This document shows, piece after piece, positions 1-14,419 of a stretch of 64,000 nucleotides of DNA. The notes below the pieces were generated by a model that was not told the origin of the DNA, did not search any database, and worked only from the letters and a program-made list of their open reading frames with translations. A program made the position numbers and the translations under genes. The stretch lies in contig CM075989.1 of the NCBI GenBank assembly GCA_038087875.1, forward strand, positions 14,572,001-14,636,000. The letters run 5' to 3'. Origin of the DNA: Malacoraja senta (Eukaryota). Every line of letters begins with the position of its first letter. The stretch's first letter is position 1.

Positions 1-299
1 GTATCATTGTGCTGCAGTAATTACTTCTTGCAGAGTAATGGTCGAATGGAACATGGCCAGGAGTGGGTCATGAGCCACGCACAGCTGCCCTGTCCTTCTA
101 ATGAGTAATGAGTGATCTGTACCATCACCCCATCCACTCCTTAACTCCCCCTCTGCAAAGCTGCCCACATCACCCCAGAAGTCGCCATGTTTCTCTCTAC
201 TGAAGGAACGTGCAAACTCCACACAAACAGCATGCGAGGTGAGGATCAGACCCTAATCACTTGGCTGGTGATGGAGCAACGCTATGGGCGATGGGCGAT

Positions 300-572
300 G
301 GGCGGCATGGTGGCACAGAGGTAGTGTTGCTGCCTTACAGTGCCAGAGATCTGTGGACAATCCTGACTACGGGTGGGTTTGCTCCGAGATCTTCGGTTTC
401 CTCCCACTGTCCAAAGATGTACAGGTTTGTATGTTGATTGGCTTAGTATATATGTAAATTGTCCCTAGTGTGTGTGGGATAGTGCTAGTGCGCGGGGATT
501 GTTGGTCGGCGGGCAGTCAGTGGGCCAAAGAACCTGTTTCCGTGCTGTATCTCTAAGCTAAACTAAACTAAC
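300..572 (+). mobile_element. tRNA-derived SINE (HE1/V-SINE-like), internally deleted
   Basis: tRNA-like head (GGTGGCACAGAGGTAG..TTGCTGCCTTACAG), central GGTTTCCTCCCAC..CCAAAGA block, CR1-like tail GGGCCAAAG..CCTGTTTCCGTGCTGTATCTCTAA plus (CTAAA)n; same family as 14420-15500 and 17418-17712. Confidence 0.75.
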
Positions 573-829
573 TACTCAATCCTCTGGGTTCCTATAGTGG
601 GAGCACTCTCAGAGCATCTCCCACTTTAAAACTTCTCTCCTAACTCATTCCACCCCTTCTGTCTCCTCTTCTACTCAAATGCCCTTCCAGTCATTTCTGC
701 ACCAAACTCAGCCACATCTGCAGCCAGTGATCCATCACCATCACCAAATGTCATCAGGGAATGAAGCTTGGTTCTGTACGTTAATGAAGCAATGCTATCC
801 AATGACTGACTGACTGTAGGGAGAGCATG

Positions 830-965
830 CTTGATTAGTGTCAGGGTTATGGGGAGAAGGGCAGGAGAATGGGGCTGAGAGGGACAGATAAATCAGCCAT
901 GATTGAATGGTGGAGTAGACCGTATGAACCGAATGGGCTAATTCTACTCCTATCACCTATGAACA
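830..965 (+). mobile_element. CR1/HER1 LINE 3' end
   Basis: GGTTATGGGGAGAAGG..CAGGAGAATGGGG..TCAGCCATGATTGAATGG tail shared with other CR1 copies in the window. Confidence 0.7.
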
Positions 966-2439
966 TGTGAACATATCAGCATATCACGTTGTTTCCTCCG
1001 GTGTGTGGAGAGTAGTAGGGAATGCACGGCTTTGCCGGATGTCAAAGGAGCGGATAAATGTGAGAAACTACAACAGTCTGAACTCTTCACCAGGAACCAT
1101 TTCCCCAGTGAATCCATGGCTTACAAAAGCTGACATCACAGCCTCTTTGAGCGTGTTACCCCATTTCCCCACCGTGCACCCCTTCCTGGGCACTCAGAAA
1201 CATTTCCAAGGCAAGAACAAATGACTGAGTCCGTTTGCACTTCTTGAGCTAACTGACAGCTCCAACCACTACCTGGACTGGTTACTGCTCTGTCTCTGAC
1301 TCACCACTCACACAAGCAGCTACTTGTCACTGGGCTACTCTGTGTTGCTGTAATTAGACAGAGGCAGAATTATTTGTCGACAATAATGCAACTGCTTCTG
1401 TAAAACAATCCATCAAGGGCACGCCATGGTTAAAGGCACCCTGCCACTGTTGCTCACTGCATGAAGGCCCATTGTTCTTGTGTACAAGTAGGTGTTGTAG
1501 CAGCCTAGTGGATTGTAGATTGATGGAATCTTCAGATTTCCTGGAGTCTTGATGAAGTTGGTTATTTGCTGGTCCTTTTTATCTGTTTAATAATTAGGAT
1601 TGTGCTGCATTTATTATCAAATTCAACCAACTCACCCAATTCATAATCTAAGCCCTGAACCTTGAGCAGATAAAGGAAAGAAAGTCCAAGGCCTCACTTC
1701 ACAGGGTTTCTATCCTGAGGTTCTTGCCTGCAGGACCTGAACTTTCTACAGAAGAGTCAGGAGGATGTTCAAACCTTCTTTCCCAGGAAGCAAACCTCTT
1801 TTGATTCTATTCCCAGATGTATACAAAGCAAACACATCATAAAAAAACTAAAAATTAATTTTCACCAGAGATCACACTCGAGCTGAACTTTTAATTTGAC
1901 AATTAACCCTGTCTCGCTCACTTACCGTGACACAGGAGGCCATTCAACCCATCAGGTACATGTCAGCTCCTACTAGAATAATTTCACCAGCGCCATTTCC
2001 CTGTAGAACTGCAACTCGCCTTCTCTAACACGTCCGTCAACTCATCTTTGACTCTTTAACCACTTACTTTAATTAAGAGGGAGTTGTTTTATTTAATCAT
2101 TGTCAATTAACCCACCATCATGTGGGAGGAAACCTGAGTATTTTGGGGGCAAACCCACATAGTCACAGGGAGAATATGCACCAGAGGTCAGGATTGAACC
2201 TGGATCCCCGGAGCTGTGAAGCAACAACACTAATTCTTGCACTACCTCACTTCCAGCCAAGTTGACAACACCAAGGATGGCACGAAGGTCTTGTCAAGGT
2301 TTGATGTGATCTTTATACAATGCCTCAAAAACTGTCGCCATTTTCACTTCCACGGGATGCTCTGCTGAATCACCAATGTATTCACCGAGTATTTATCTTG
2401 TCCATCCTTGATAAGACCTCCTTGCCATCTTTGTCTATT

Positions 2440-3790
2440 GATCATAGTCTTATTCAGCACAGACACAGGCTCTATGGCCCAACTTGTCCATGCCAACAAA
2501 GTTGCTTAATGGAGTGAGTCCCATATGGCTGTGCCTAGCCCATATCCATCTAAACCTATCCTATCCATGTACCTTTCCAAGTATCTTTTAAATATCGTAA
2601 TTGTACCATCATCTACCACTTCCTCTGGCAGCTCGCTCCATGTTTGCACCAGCCTCTATTTGAAACAGTTGTCCCTCAGGTCTCTTTGAAACCTTTTCCC
2701 CTCTCACCTTAAACCTATGCCCTCTAGTTTCTGACTCCCCTATCTGGGGAAACGACTGTAACTATTCATATTGTCTATGTTCCTCGTGATTTTATATACC
2801 TCTGTAAAGGTCACCATACAACCTTCTTCAATGGAAAAATGGCCCAGGTATCCAGCCTTATAACTTAAACCCTCCAATCCCAGCAACATCCTCGTAAATA
2901 TTTTTGTACCCTTTTCTAGTTAATATCCTTCCTACAGAACTGTACACTGTACTCTGTACTCAAATGTGGCCTAAACAACATATTATACAGTTGTAACATG
3001 ACATTCCAACTCCTGTACTCGATAAAGCCAAGCATCCCAAATGCCTTCTTCACCATTCCGTCCACCTGTGACACCACCTTCATGGAACCGTGTACCAGTG
3101 AACCTGTACTATAATATTCTCCATGGCCCTACCATTTTCTGGCTAAGTCCTGCCCAAGTTTGGCCAACTCCACCTGCCAATCCTCGGCCCATTGGACCAG
3201 TTGACCAAGATCCTGCTGTAATCTAAGACAACATTCTTAACTGTCCATTATACCATCGATTTAAATGTCATCTGCAAATTTGCTACATTCTACATTCACA
3301 TCTAAATTGTTCATGTAAATTAGGAATAACAGTGGACCCGGCACCAATCCCTATGGCAACTGCTTGTTAGGAGCCTCCAGTCTGAAAATTGAACCTCCGT
3401 CATCACCCTCTGTTTCTTACTACAAAAGATAATTCTGTATTCAATTGGCTAATTCGTCCTGGATCCCATGAGATCTAAACTTCCAGACCAACCTACAATG
3501 CAGCACCTTGTCCACGTGGACCTCACTAAGGTCCATGTGGACAACATCTACTGCACCACCCACAGATATATTCTTGGTCACCTTTTCCAAAAACTCAATC
3601 AAATTGGTGAGACATGATTTCCCACACACAAGGCCACGCTGATCATCCCTAATCAGTCCGTGCCATTCCAAATGCATGTCGATCCTGTATCTCAGAATCC
3701 CCTCTAATACCTTAACCCCGGCTGATGTAAGGCTTATCAGTATGCAGTTCTCAGGCTTTTCCTTGTAACCTTTCTTAAATAGGGGCACTC
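2440..3790 (-). mobile_element. Degenerate CR1 LINE, RT region and 3' end
   Basis: ORF 3441-3788 has PLFKKG..PEN..ISLTS..GKSCLTNLIEF..VDVVHMD..DKV.H.RL CR1 RT motifs; 3' tail near 2450-2560. Confidence 0.85.
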
Positions 3791-3825
3791 ATTTTCTTGT
3801 GTTCAGAAAATCTTGCTCAACACCA

Positions 3826-4400
3826 TAGAGTCATAGAATCATAGACTCATACAGCATAAAAACAGACCCTTCAGCCCAACTTGCCCACATGTCCCAGCAA
3901 CAACAGTCCCACCTACCTGTGCTTGGCCCATATCCCTCCAAACTTGTCCTATCCATGGATAGGAAGAGGAAGAAGAAGATTAGACTTTATTGCCTTCCAT
4001 CACAGTGAGGAATGTGAAGAATCTGCTGTGGTGGATGTTTAAGTTAACGTTTATTTAGTTGTGTGTCTTGTTGCTTTTTTTTTTAGTATGGCTGTATGGT
4101 AATTCAAATTTCACTGCACCTTAATTGGTACATGTGACAATACACTGACCTTGAAACCTTGAAACCTACCTGTCTAACTGTTCCTTAAACGGGATAGTCC
4201 CTGCCTCAACTACCTCCTCTGGCAGCTCGTTCCATATACCCAGTACCCTTTGTGTGAAAAAGTTACCCCTCAGATTCCTATTAAATCTTTTTCCTTTCAC
4301 CTTAAACCTATGTCCTCTGGTCCTTGATTCCCCTACTCTGGGCAAGAGACTCTGTGCATCTACCTGATCTATCTCTCTCATGACTTTGTGTACATTTTAT
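3826..4400 (-). mobile_element. CR1 LINE 3' fragment interrupted by a ~200-bp insert (3961-4165)
   Basis: ORF 4166-4381 RTRGHRFKVKGKRF..NFFTQRV..WNELPEEVVEAG; the insert is a + strand LINE-like tail ending ACCTTGAAACCTTGAAA. Confidence 0.8.
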
Positions 4401-5081
4401 ACACCACTCCTGTCTTTATTTGCTGAAAACAAATCCTTACCTGCTCCCCATCTTAGATCTGCAATCTACTCCAGCCTGGTTTCTCCACTACATGCTTCAG
4501 CCCCCAAAGTCAGGTGCACTAAACCTTTTCCAACTTTATACCCACCTTAAGTCCACCGTACTGCTCTTTATCTCTTCCACCATTACTTGACTCTTTGTGT
4601 ATTTGCCCTCCATGGAGCTTTGCAATGCATTCAATAATTTTGTGGTAATCACATTGTACAAAAGTTAACTTGAAGAATGTCACCAGATGCTGCTTTTTGG
4701 TTACATGTTTGATTCCAAACCTAAAGCAGCTTCCTTGATGAAACATACCTCCTTTCTACAAAGGCTGTCACTGAGGCCTTGAGTCCATTGGCAATTCCAA
4801 CTCTATCAGGTAGTGACCAAGTAGAGCCTATCTCCTGTATTGTACACCCTGCCCGAGAATTGTTGCTTCCCAGAACATTCAATATCTATCATTGAGGCAT
4901 GAGGAATACAGAAGGCTCTAACAATTCTTTAGTTTTAAAAAGTCTCTCACTCTCAACTGCTGGAAAAAACAATAATAAATTATTAAATTCAAGACTGCAT
5001 TGATAGAACAGGTTGCAACTCAGATTGCTGAATAAAACTAAGTTTGGATTGATAACTTCATTACATTACTGCTTTTTCCAG

Positions 5082-5195
5082 CACAATACGATTGACAAGT
5101 GACTCTGGTGAGAGAGAAACCACCTCAAGTTGTTTTGCATCACTCCAGAAATTCAAATTGAGCGTGTCCCAGTATGATTCAAGATTGCACATGAG
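5082..5195 (+). CDS. Candidate internal exon of an unidentified host gene
   Basis: TTTTTCCAG acceptor, AG|GTAAC donor, 114 bp open as phase 2-2 (TIRLTSDSGERETTSSCFASLQKFKLSVSQYDSRLHMR), non-repeat sequence; no homology recognised. Confidence 0.3.
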
Positions 5196-5257
5196 GTAAC
5201 ATTCCTGACAACCTTCCTTGGGCGATGTTGCAGGAAATCAGACAGTATTCTCCTGGG

Positions 5258-5905
5258 GGTAGGCACAAAAAGGCTGGAGTAACTCAGCGGGTCAGGCAGC
5301 ATCTCTGGAGAAAAGGAATCCGTGACTTTTCAGGTCGAGAACCTTCTTCAGACTGAGAGTCAGGGGAAAGAGAGATGAGACATGTAGACGGTGATATAGA
5401 GAGATATAGAGCTGATTAATGAAAGATATGCAAAAAAGGAAGGATGACTAAGGAAACATGGAGCCCACCATGGCCCATTGGTAGTTGTGGACTCGATGAT
5501 AACAAGTTATACAGACAATGAAATTGAACATGACAATAGTGAAACTAGTACAATGAATAGGGTGGGGGGAGGGTGGGGGGGTGGGGGGGAACGGAGAGAG
5601 AGGGGATGCCGGGGTGACTTGAAGTTAGAGACCGTTGGGTTGTAAGCTGCACAAGCGAAATTTCAGGTACTGTTCCTCCAATTTGCGTTTGGCCTCACTC
5701 TGACAATGGAGGAGGCCCAGGACAGAAAGGTCAGTGTGGGAATGGGAAGGGGTGTTAAAGTGTTTGGCAACCGGGAGCACATGTAGGCCAAGACAGACTG
5801 ACCATAGGTGTTCAGCGAAAGGATCGCCCAGTCTATGCTTGGTCTCGCCCATATATAAGAGTCCACATCTGGAACAGTGGATACAGTAGATGAGGTTGAA
5901 GGAGG
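5258..5905 (-). mobile_element. Penelope-like element 3' part: GIY-YIG endonuclease plus pseudo-LTR
   Basis: ORF 5625-5975 NLIYCIHCSRCGLLYMGETKHRLGDPFAEH..PVAKHFN..H..LGL..RKLEEQ..LQPNGL is a PLE-type GIY-YIG domain; downstream CTGAAGAAGG..GAAA.GTC terminal motif. Confidence 0.85.
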
Positions 5906-7840
5906 GGCAGTTCTCCTGGGAATGACTAATGTTGGCCAATCCTCCAGTTCTATAAACTGCCCCTCCACCAAACACTCTCCTTGCTCACCATCCACTACTG
6001 GAACATCCAACCACTACTACTGGATGGGCTTCAGTCAGACGCTGGGAGCTTATTGTTCAGATCATTAGCTGGCATTATTCGTTTTGGAATGCAACTGACA
6101 AGAGGTTATTGGCATTTATTTTTAGGAATTTACTGTCAAGAGCAGCAATATAATTGATTAAACTTTATTTGCTATCTCGGATATAAAACCCTCCAAAGTT
6201 ACATTTTGCTTCATATACTACAGTTCAATTGGAAGAGGCCTGATGCTGAGAAACGTGGGTGTATAATCCTTCTGAAAAGTTAATATCTTACACACAGCTT
6301 CCTAATTTCACATGACTGATTTTATCTGTGCCTTGGTAATCTGCTGAGAGTATTTATGTGCCCCTGAAGTCACAGTGACAGCTTATTAAACAGTTTCAGT
6401 GTGGTTGTACTTCAAACACTTGTGGGCATCAAGGTCCATCTAGCTTTGTGTACTGAGACCAGAGTTAGTTAACGCATACAACGCTGATTCCTGATTAAAG
6501 GTCCAGCAACAATTAACATTCAAATCAGAATCGGTATTCCAGGACAGGCGTGCATCTTAAGGAAAGTTTCAATAAACTGCAGGAAAGTGTATTTGTTTCA
6601 CTGTATGTGTTACAGTTGACAATGTTATACATTTTCATAAAACTATGTAATCTTAGCTGCTAATTATTTTATTATGGAATGAATCATTGAGCAGTTTGTC
6701 CACATCCTTAAAACCCCTGACATGTGCAATTAGTCCTGCCTTCCAGTGTGTCTTCAAACAGAATGATTAACACTGACAGCACTTCAACCCGTTTTAGCTT
6801 GAGGGTATGGTAGTCCTGTTCTCTGATTATGCCAATTTTACCTGTTTGACTATTACAAAGCCATGATTCCAAGTATAAGACACTTAGACACATCACCACC
6901 TGAACAGGCTCATCTTCACCATCCACATGCTCTCTAAGTGGCTCCAGTGCCTCCGTGTTGATGAATGACCCAGATAACCAAGCCTTCCATCACAGACCTG
7001 AACAAAGCCCTTTGAAGTTGGCAGACAATGCAGCAGCTGCCCAGAGGACACGCTCGCTCGTGCTTTGTATCACAATCAAGTCAGGCCTTTCAAGCACAGT
7101 TTGTAATAAAAGCTTCTTGGATGGCAGTCTGCGCTCTTTGAGAATGATTCTCTGCATTCAGTATGTTCATAGAAACTGAATGGGTTTCAAAGAGGAGAGC
7201 TTCATGCTGACATATGAGTGGGATTGGAACGATAGACATGCCAGGAGAATGGATGCGTGAGAGTGAGGGCCTTTAGAATGGATAAGATTGTGTTCCCTCG
7301 TGTGAGGGGAATGTGAATTAAGAGACCACACACCAACAAGAAGTAACTGTGCTAATATTGAACCTTGCGCAGTACTCCACACACCTGACGGTGGTCCACG
7401 CCTGCTTTTTTCGGTGTTTTGACCATTTCAATAGATGCAGGTTTGATTTATTCTGTTCCCCCAGCTCCAGGCTCTGTGACTGTGGTGAGTGAGTGAGCGA
7501 GCGAGCGAGTGCAGAGATCGTTACGGCATGAATTGTGTTCATTTGACACATGCCAGCTTTTTTCTCCCTAAAATATAAATGCTAAGTAGATGGTTGCGTT
7601 ACATTCAATTTGCATACCTGAATTAGAGAGAGGTGATGCTTGTGTCACGGTGTGACACGAACTGAGATTTGGCAGGTGTATGTCAATGGCAGTCACTGGA
7701 AAACATACTGTGCAATTTCCAAACGATAAGTATAAATTATACAAATGCAAAGTCATGAAAATAGTTAAAGACAACAAGCAAGCTGTTGCTGCACTGGAAC
7801 GAAACAAGACAATGCAAACAATAGACTTTGTTTAGCATTA

Positions 7841-8393
7841 AGGGCCAGTCCCACGTGGGCGACCTAATCCGCCAGTTCTGGCGAGTTTGCCCTCGACTCA
7901 TACTCGCAGCATGGTCGACACGGGGTCGTAGGAGGTCTTCGTAACTCTCCTTCATGCTCGAGAGTGGTCTCCGCGTACTCGAGGCCTCAGCTAGGCCGCG
8001 GCGTTTTTTTCAATATGTTAAAAAATGCCCGCGAGTAATAAAAGGTTGCTATGGGAAAAATCGATACTTTTTTTACTCGTAGGTTTAGTCGTAGTAGGTC
8101 GTAGTAGGTCGGCACGTTAGTCGTAGGTAATCGAGGGTAGTTGAAGGTAGTCAAAGGTAGTTGTAGATAGTCTTCATCATAGTCGAAGGGAGGTCGAAGG
8201 GAGGTCGAAGGAGGTCGTCTTCACTCTCCACTATTCGGTGTCCAATTTTCCTGAAGTTAGTCATAGCTAGTCGAAGCTGGTCTTCAACATAGTCGAAGCT
8301 GGTCTTCAACATAGTCGAAGGAGGTCTTCATCATGTCATTTTTTCAAACTCTTCTAAACTCGCCAATTAGGTCGCCCAAGTGGGACAGCCCCT
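7841..8393. mobile_element. Non-autonomous DNA transposon (PIF/Harbinger-like MITE)
   Basis: ~28-bp TIRs AGGGCCAGTCCCACGTGGGCGACCTAAT / ATTAGGTCGCCCAAGTGGGACAGCCCCT, flanked by TTA and CTA; internal GTAGTCGAAGG-type repeats. Confidence 0.75.
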
Positions 8394-9095
8394 CTAGTTG
8401 TAAAAGGTGTAATTGAAGTTCTGACTCTATGACAGTAATTACTGTACAAGTATTTAATACCACTCTATCCGCAGGTGATCAATAACTAATGTAATGTTGG
8501 GAAAGTACTGCATTACACCATGGGCCACTCAATTGCTACTCAGTGCTGAAGACAATTTTAAGTGTTGATGGGTCTGTAATTCCATTAGTAACGATAGTTT
8601 TTCTTTTGATTTCCAATCCACCTAGTTTGCTGATATTAGTGTTTCACCAGAACATAGGACCTGTGGTGGGTCTGGTCACAGGATACACAGCAGCAGCTGA
8701 AAGCTGGAAGTTGTGACCTTCTTCACCCTGCCGCTTACATTTGTCCTGATTAAGTGGTCATGGGCTGAAGTCATCTACTGATAATGTAGAAGCTAGCGTT
8801 GTCAAAAGCAAATTGCCAGTGAGTGATGGCATGGCTGAGTAACAGTGGCATTCCTACTGCTCATATTTCTTTTGGTTAAGATTACAAAATAGCGTTTCAA
8901 TGTGGACTAATTTGCTGGGTGTTATTTTAGATTTCCTCCAGCTGTGCCAGTTCCGGCTAACGGCAGACTTCACAAAGCACAAGGACAGTTCAATATGGCA
9001 CCTATTAGCTTTTGGATTGATTCCTTGTGTCCCTTCAGTCTGGAGACCGCTATCCTACCAACAGCACCGAGGCACAATCAAGTGGACAACATTAC

Positions 9096-9880
9096 ATAGA
9101 AACATAGAAAATAGGTGCAGGAGGAGGCCATTTGGCCCTTCGAGCCACCACCGACATTCATTGTGATAATGGCTGATCATCCACAATCAGTAACCTGTGC
9201 CTGCCCCCTCCCCATACCCCTTGATTCTGCTAGCCCCTAGAGCTTTATCTAACTCTCTTTTAAATTAATCCCGTGAATTGGTCTCTACTGCCTTCTGTGG
9301 CAGAGAATTCCACAAATTCACAACTCTCTGAGTGAAAACGTTTTTTCTCATCTCAGTTTTAAATGGCCTCCCCTTTATTCTTAGACTGTGGCCCTTGGTT
9401 CTGGACTCCCCCAACATTGGGAACATTTTTCCTACATCTAGCTTGTCCAGTCCTTTTATAATTTTATATGTTTCTGTAAGATATCCTCTCATCCTTCTAA
9501 ATTCCAGTGAATACAAGCCCAGTCTTTCAAATCTTTCCTCATATGACAGTCCCGCCATCCTGGGGATTAACCTTGTGAACCTACGCTGCACTGCCTCAAT
9601 AGCAAGGATATCCTTCCTCAAATTAGAAGACCAAAACTGCACACAATACTCCAGATGTGGTCTCACCGGGCCCCTGTATAACTGCAGAAGGACCTCTTTA
9701 CTCCTATACTCAAATCCTCTTGTTATGAAGGCCAACATGCCATCAGCTTTCTTCACTGTCTGCTGTACCTGCATGTTTATTTTCAGGGACTGGTGTACAA
9801 GGACACCCAGGTCTCATTGCATTTCCCTTTTTCCTAATCTGACACCATTGAGATAATAACCTGCCTCCTTGTTGTTGCTG
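9096..9880 (-). mobile_element. CR1/HER1 LINE 3' fragment
   Basis: ORF 9265-9774 LYR..VRPHLEYCVQFWS..LEFRRMRG..NVFTQRVVNLWNSLP; (ACATAGAA) tail at 9096. Confidence 0.9.
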
Positions 9881-11933
9881 CCAAAGTGCCATGATTGCCA
9901 TGATTGAACCATAAATCAGCCATGTGCTGAATGGCCTTGATCTGCTCCTACATCTTGTGGTCTTGTGGCTGAATCTGCAGATGGATGTACTCAACAGTCA
10001 TGAAGAAAATAGTTAAACTTCCCAAAGGATAAAACTCAGTCTCTGTCTATTTTTGCATACCAGGATATAATTACATTGAGGAGGAAAATTGTTCCCAGAG
10101 TCAGGTGGGACTGAAGAGAAACTTTTCTTCAAAAAATTCAGTAGTCCAAAAACTGTCTACTTTCTAAAAATAATATCAAGGAATGGGAGAAGGTCATAAT
10201 AATGGGCTGAACAGCAGCATTTAGCTCTCAAAGCCATGCCATGTTGGAATGTTGACAGGGTCGTATTGTCTTGTAGTGAAGGACATCGGTGATGGAGTCT
10301 ACTCAAGTTAGCACGGCTGAAGCTCCCACAGAGTTTACTGAGGAGTTTACAGGAAGGCAGGGACCACTGCAACTGGGAACTTCATTCCCAGTCAGTGGCC
10401 TTGCTCTTGAAACACCTTCCACTCAGTCATCCATTGTCCACGGTGTGTAGTGACGGTGATAGTATATGTTGCTTCCCCCCCACTTGTGGCAAATGGTGCA
10501 TCTTGACCTTCATGTTGGTGCAGACTGTTATTGTGTCGAGGTGCTGTTTTGTGCTGGAGGCAGGTTGCTAAATGATCTTAAGGGGGTCTCAGGTGTAGCA
10601 CTATTCCTTCCTTACCGTTGACTGAACCTGCAAATTAACCTCCCGGCAATCCTGCACCAGCATTCCTAAGTCCCTTTGCACCTCCGATTTCCGAATTCTC
10701 TCTCCATTTAGAAAGTAGCCCTTGTCTTTGTTCCTTCCAATGTCAAGGAAGGCTGACACACGACCAAAGGAAATAGCCCACCACTGTGCAGTCAGGAAAT
10801 AGCTACCCAGATGGGATTGTTGCGGTTGGGTGCCTATTCGCTGCCATGCACCTGGTGGGCCGAATGGCCAGCTTCCACCCTCTATGACTCTGTGGCTCCA
10901 TGGCTTTGGAGTTGATCAAGACGCTGAATAACTAAACTGTGGAATCAAAAGGAATGTAGAAATTTGATTTGAAGCAACGAATGTCTTGCTTTGATAAGAG
11001 TAACTTATTTGGCATTGGCTGCATTGGCTGCTCTCAGTATAACTCTTGCTGTTGAGTTGGATGGTTGTGGGGGACAAAGATATTTGAACAGGTAATCTGG
11101 GATGACATTTCCGTGCAGTGCCAGGCAAAGGCAATTAGAAGCACAGCCTTCATCACCAAGGCTGCCTGTGTCTGTGGAGGAGATGCAATGAGTGAGAATG
11201 TGGCAAGGTCCCACTTTAAGATGAGACGTGAAGCTCTCGACACACCCCCGAACTACCCGACCCCTCCAAATAAAGCGATACCTGCTTCTTGTGGAATCCT
11301 GCTCTGTACACATTGGCCACTGTGTTTGTCCAAATCAAAGGAGAGATTGCACCGTTAAATAGTTGTGGACATTAAAGGCCCTCTCTGTGTGATTACAAGA
11401 CCTTTCTTCATTTACACGGAATTTCTTTACCCAAATAAACCATGTTCTTTAAAGCACAAGCCAAAATGTTGGCAGCCATCCAGGAAAGGCATGTTGCTGT
11501 TTCACATGCCTACAGCTCATTACACATCCCGTAATTATCCTGCACGTGTGCTCGGTGGGCAAATGACTTGTTTGCATTTGTTTGTTTTCCACCTGGAAGC
11601 AACCGCTGGGATGTTCCACGACCCGCGGCTCCCTGGATCCACAAGTGTCACAATGATTTATCACTTATCCGCCTTATCATTAACCTGTAATGCCGTGGAA
11701 GAACAGCAGTCTCCAGGTAAACAGAACATTTGTTCAGGTAAGGAAGTGACCCTTCTTCCATCACCACACTGAACGCATTGATTGCACTTAATGAAGAACA
11801 CCTCGCAAATCACAGCTCTCTCCACTGCCTTCAATGCTGTGAAGAGGACAATAACAAACACAAAAGGATAAGGAGCTCTCAGCGGTAAAAAAATCTCCTC
11901 AAACAACACGGACTAGACTTCAAAGGAACTTTG

Positions 11934-12130
11934 TGTAGGAAGGAACTGCAGATGCTGGTTTAAACCGAAGATAGACGCAAAAAGCTGGAGTAACTCAGCG
12001 GGACAGGCAGCATCTCTGGAGAGAAGGAATGGGTGACGTTTCGGGTCAAGACCCTTCTTCAGACTGGTTAGGGATAAGGGAAACAAGAAATATAGGCGAT
12101 GATGTAGAGAGATAAAGAACAATGAATGAA
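11934..12130 (-). mobile_element. Penelope-derived short element (pseudo-LTR)
   Basis: Matches the terminus of the PLE at 5258-5420; related copies at 15743-16000, 16890-16978, 20070-20140, 22200-22297, 40889-41013 and 57597-57732. Confidence 0.7.
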
Positions 12131-13139
12131 CTTTTATTGGCTATGAAACACTGAAAAAGAGCATTGTGGGTACGAGCTGCCAGGGGTGGTGGTGGAGGCA
12201 GATATAATAGCAGAGTTTAAGATCCTTTTATATAGGCATGTGGATAGGCAGGGAGTGAAGATTATGGATCATGTGTAGGCAGACGTGATGAGTTTATTAT
12301 GTTCATTATGCTCAGCACAGTCATTGTGGGCCAAAGGCCTGTTTCTTTGCTGTTCTGTTCTATGTTCTATGACACATCCTGAGGGAACGTAGGTTTTTCG
12401 TCCTCCTCTCCCTCCCAGTCTTCTGTGTCTCTGGTCATTCTGGCTTTGCGTCATAGTGTAAAACGGGTGGGAGAGAATTGAATAGATTATTACTATCTCT
12501 CCGGAGGGTTATTCCCACAGATTTGAATAGCATTACACAGTGGCATCAAATTATACCCTTGTTGCCTCTTAGGATGTGATTGCACCGGCACAACAAACGA
12601 TTTTGCTCAACTTTCTAATGAAGGCATTGACCCATTTATTTTAAATATGTTAGTGCCTCTGAGCTGTCTGCCTCTACAACTCTACAACAGAGAGTGTCTA
12701 TGGAAGGTCTCCAAGTGCCATGACACCACAGCATCCTGGGTAAAATGAATTAAATGAACCACAATTACAAACTGTTTATTACACACTGTTTTTATAGGAA
12801 CTCCAGACATAATAATCGGACCTCGCTTATTGCATTTGGAATTTTTTTAACATATCTTATTTTCTATGGCTTCCCTATTGCGATCGTAATGTGTTGGGTG
12901 TTTTGAAATGTACTGATGCTCCCAATCTTACGTGGGAACTTATCTGGTATTACAGCGGAAGGAAGAGTTCCCGACAAATATTCCCATTCTCCAATTGGAA
13001 AACTGGTCACATTACAAAAACAGCGACAGAGGATCTGACAACGCAGTGTATTCAACAAAGGTTGTGGTTTCAATGGTTATAAAATCCATCTCCAACTTGC
13101 TGAGTGTTAATACAGGAAAGCAGTGACAGCTGAAATGCA

Positions 13140-13530
13140 GAGTTTGAGGAGAATGAGAGTGTTTAAGAGGCTTTTTGAGAGGCATGTGGAGAGGCAGGGA
13201 ATGGAGGTTATGGATTATGTGTGGGCAAATACAAATACAACCTACCCCAGAGTGGGTGAATCGAGGACCAGAGGACATAGGTTTAAGGTGGAGGGGGAAA
13301 GATTTAATAGGAATCTGAGGGGTAACCTTTTCACACAAAGGGTGGTGTGTGTATGGAACAAGCTGCCAGTGGAGGTAGTTGAGGCAGGGACTAGCCCAAC
13401 ATTTAAGAAACAGTTAGACAGGTACATGGATAGGACAGGTTTGGAGGGATATGGACCAAATGCTGGGACATGTTGGCAGGTGGGAGCAAATTGGGCCAAA
13501 AGGCCTGTTTCCACACTGGATCACTCTGTG
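13140..13530 (+). mobile_element. CR1 LINE 3' fragments
   Basis: PRVGESRTRGHRFKVEGERFNRNLRGNLFTQRVV..WNKLP..FKKQLDRYMD. Confidence 0.85.
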
Positions 13531-14419
13531 ACTCAATGTGTTTTGTTTATTCTGTTCATTCTGGTTCAAGCACCATAGTGGGGAGAGCAGCAGAGAACCA
13601 ACCAGTCCTTTGTTGCATCAAGCAACAGCAATGAAGGTTGCTCAGGCACCCATGAGGGTGAGAGGTGCTGACATCCAGCAGAGCGAGGAGGCACAAGCAG
13701 AGCCCAAACCAACAATGGCCAGACACCATCAGGGGGACAATGGCATCATCAGCACTCATGAAGGAGAAGCCAAGGGTGACTTTAATCTCACTAAATGTTG
13801 GTGGCTGTGGGCAATCTTAGAGCTTTATAACATTATGAGGGGGCCATAGATACAGTAGAAGCTTTTCTTCCCAGTGCAGGGGAGCCTAGAAGTAGAGGGC
13901 ACAGGTTTAAGGTGAGAGGGGGAAATCTAAAGGAGATCTGAGTGATTGTTTTTTTCACAGAGAGCATGGTTTGCTGGAGGAAGTGGAGATGTTAGTGGAC
14001 TCCGACATATATGTCTGAATATCCGATATGTTTGACACATCAACAGAGGAGGTGTTGGATTCAGACACACATGTTGCTGGGAGATGTAGAATGGTAAATG
14101 GAGAGTTAACAGTATTTAATTGTCATATTTACCAACAACAGGAACAATGGATTTCTTACTTGCAGCAGCAGAAGGGGACTGTAAACACAATGCATATAGA
14201 AAATATGTAATAAACAAAATAAAATCAATCATCTTTGTAGGACTGATGGGATACTCAGTTGCTGTTCACCACCTGCGTTAGTCGGCGTCTGAGACAGAGT
14301 TTCTCATCCACGGGTCACTGTAGAGAGTTGGCCAGAGTTGACAATACCTATCTAAGATTCTGGACAATCACCAACTCTTGAATTATCAATGTTCATTTTG
14401 TGCCAACGAGTCTCCAGTT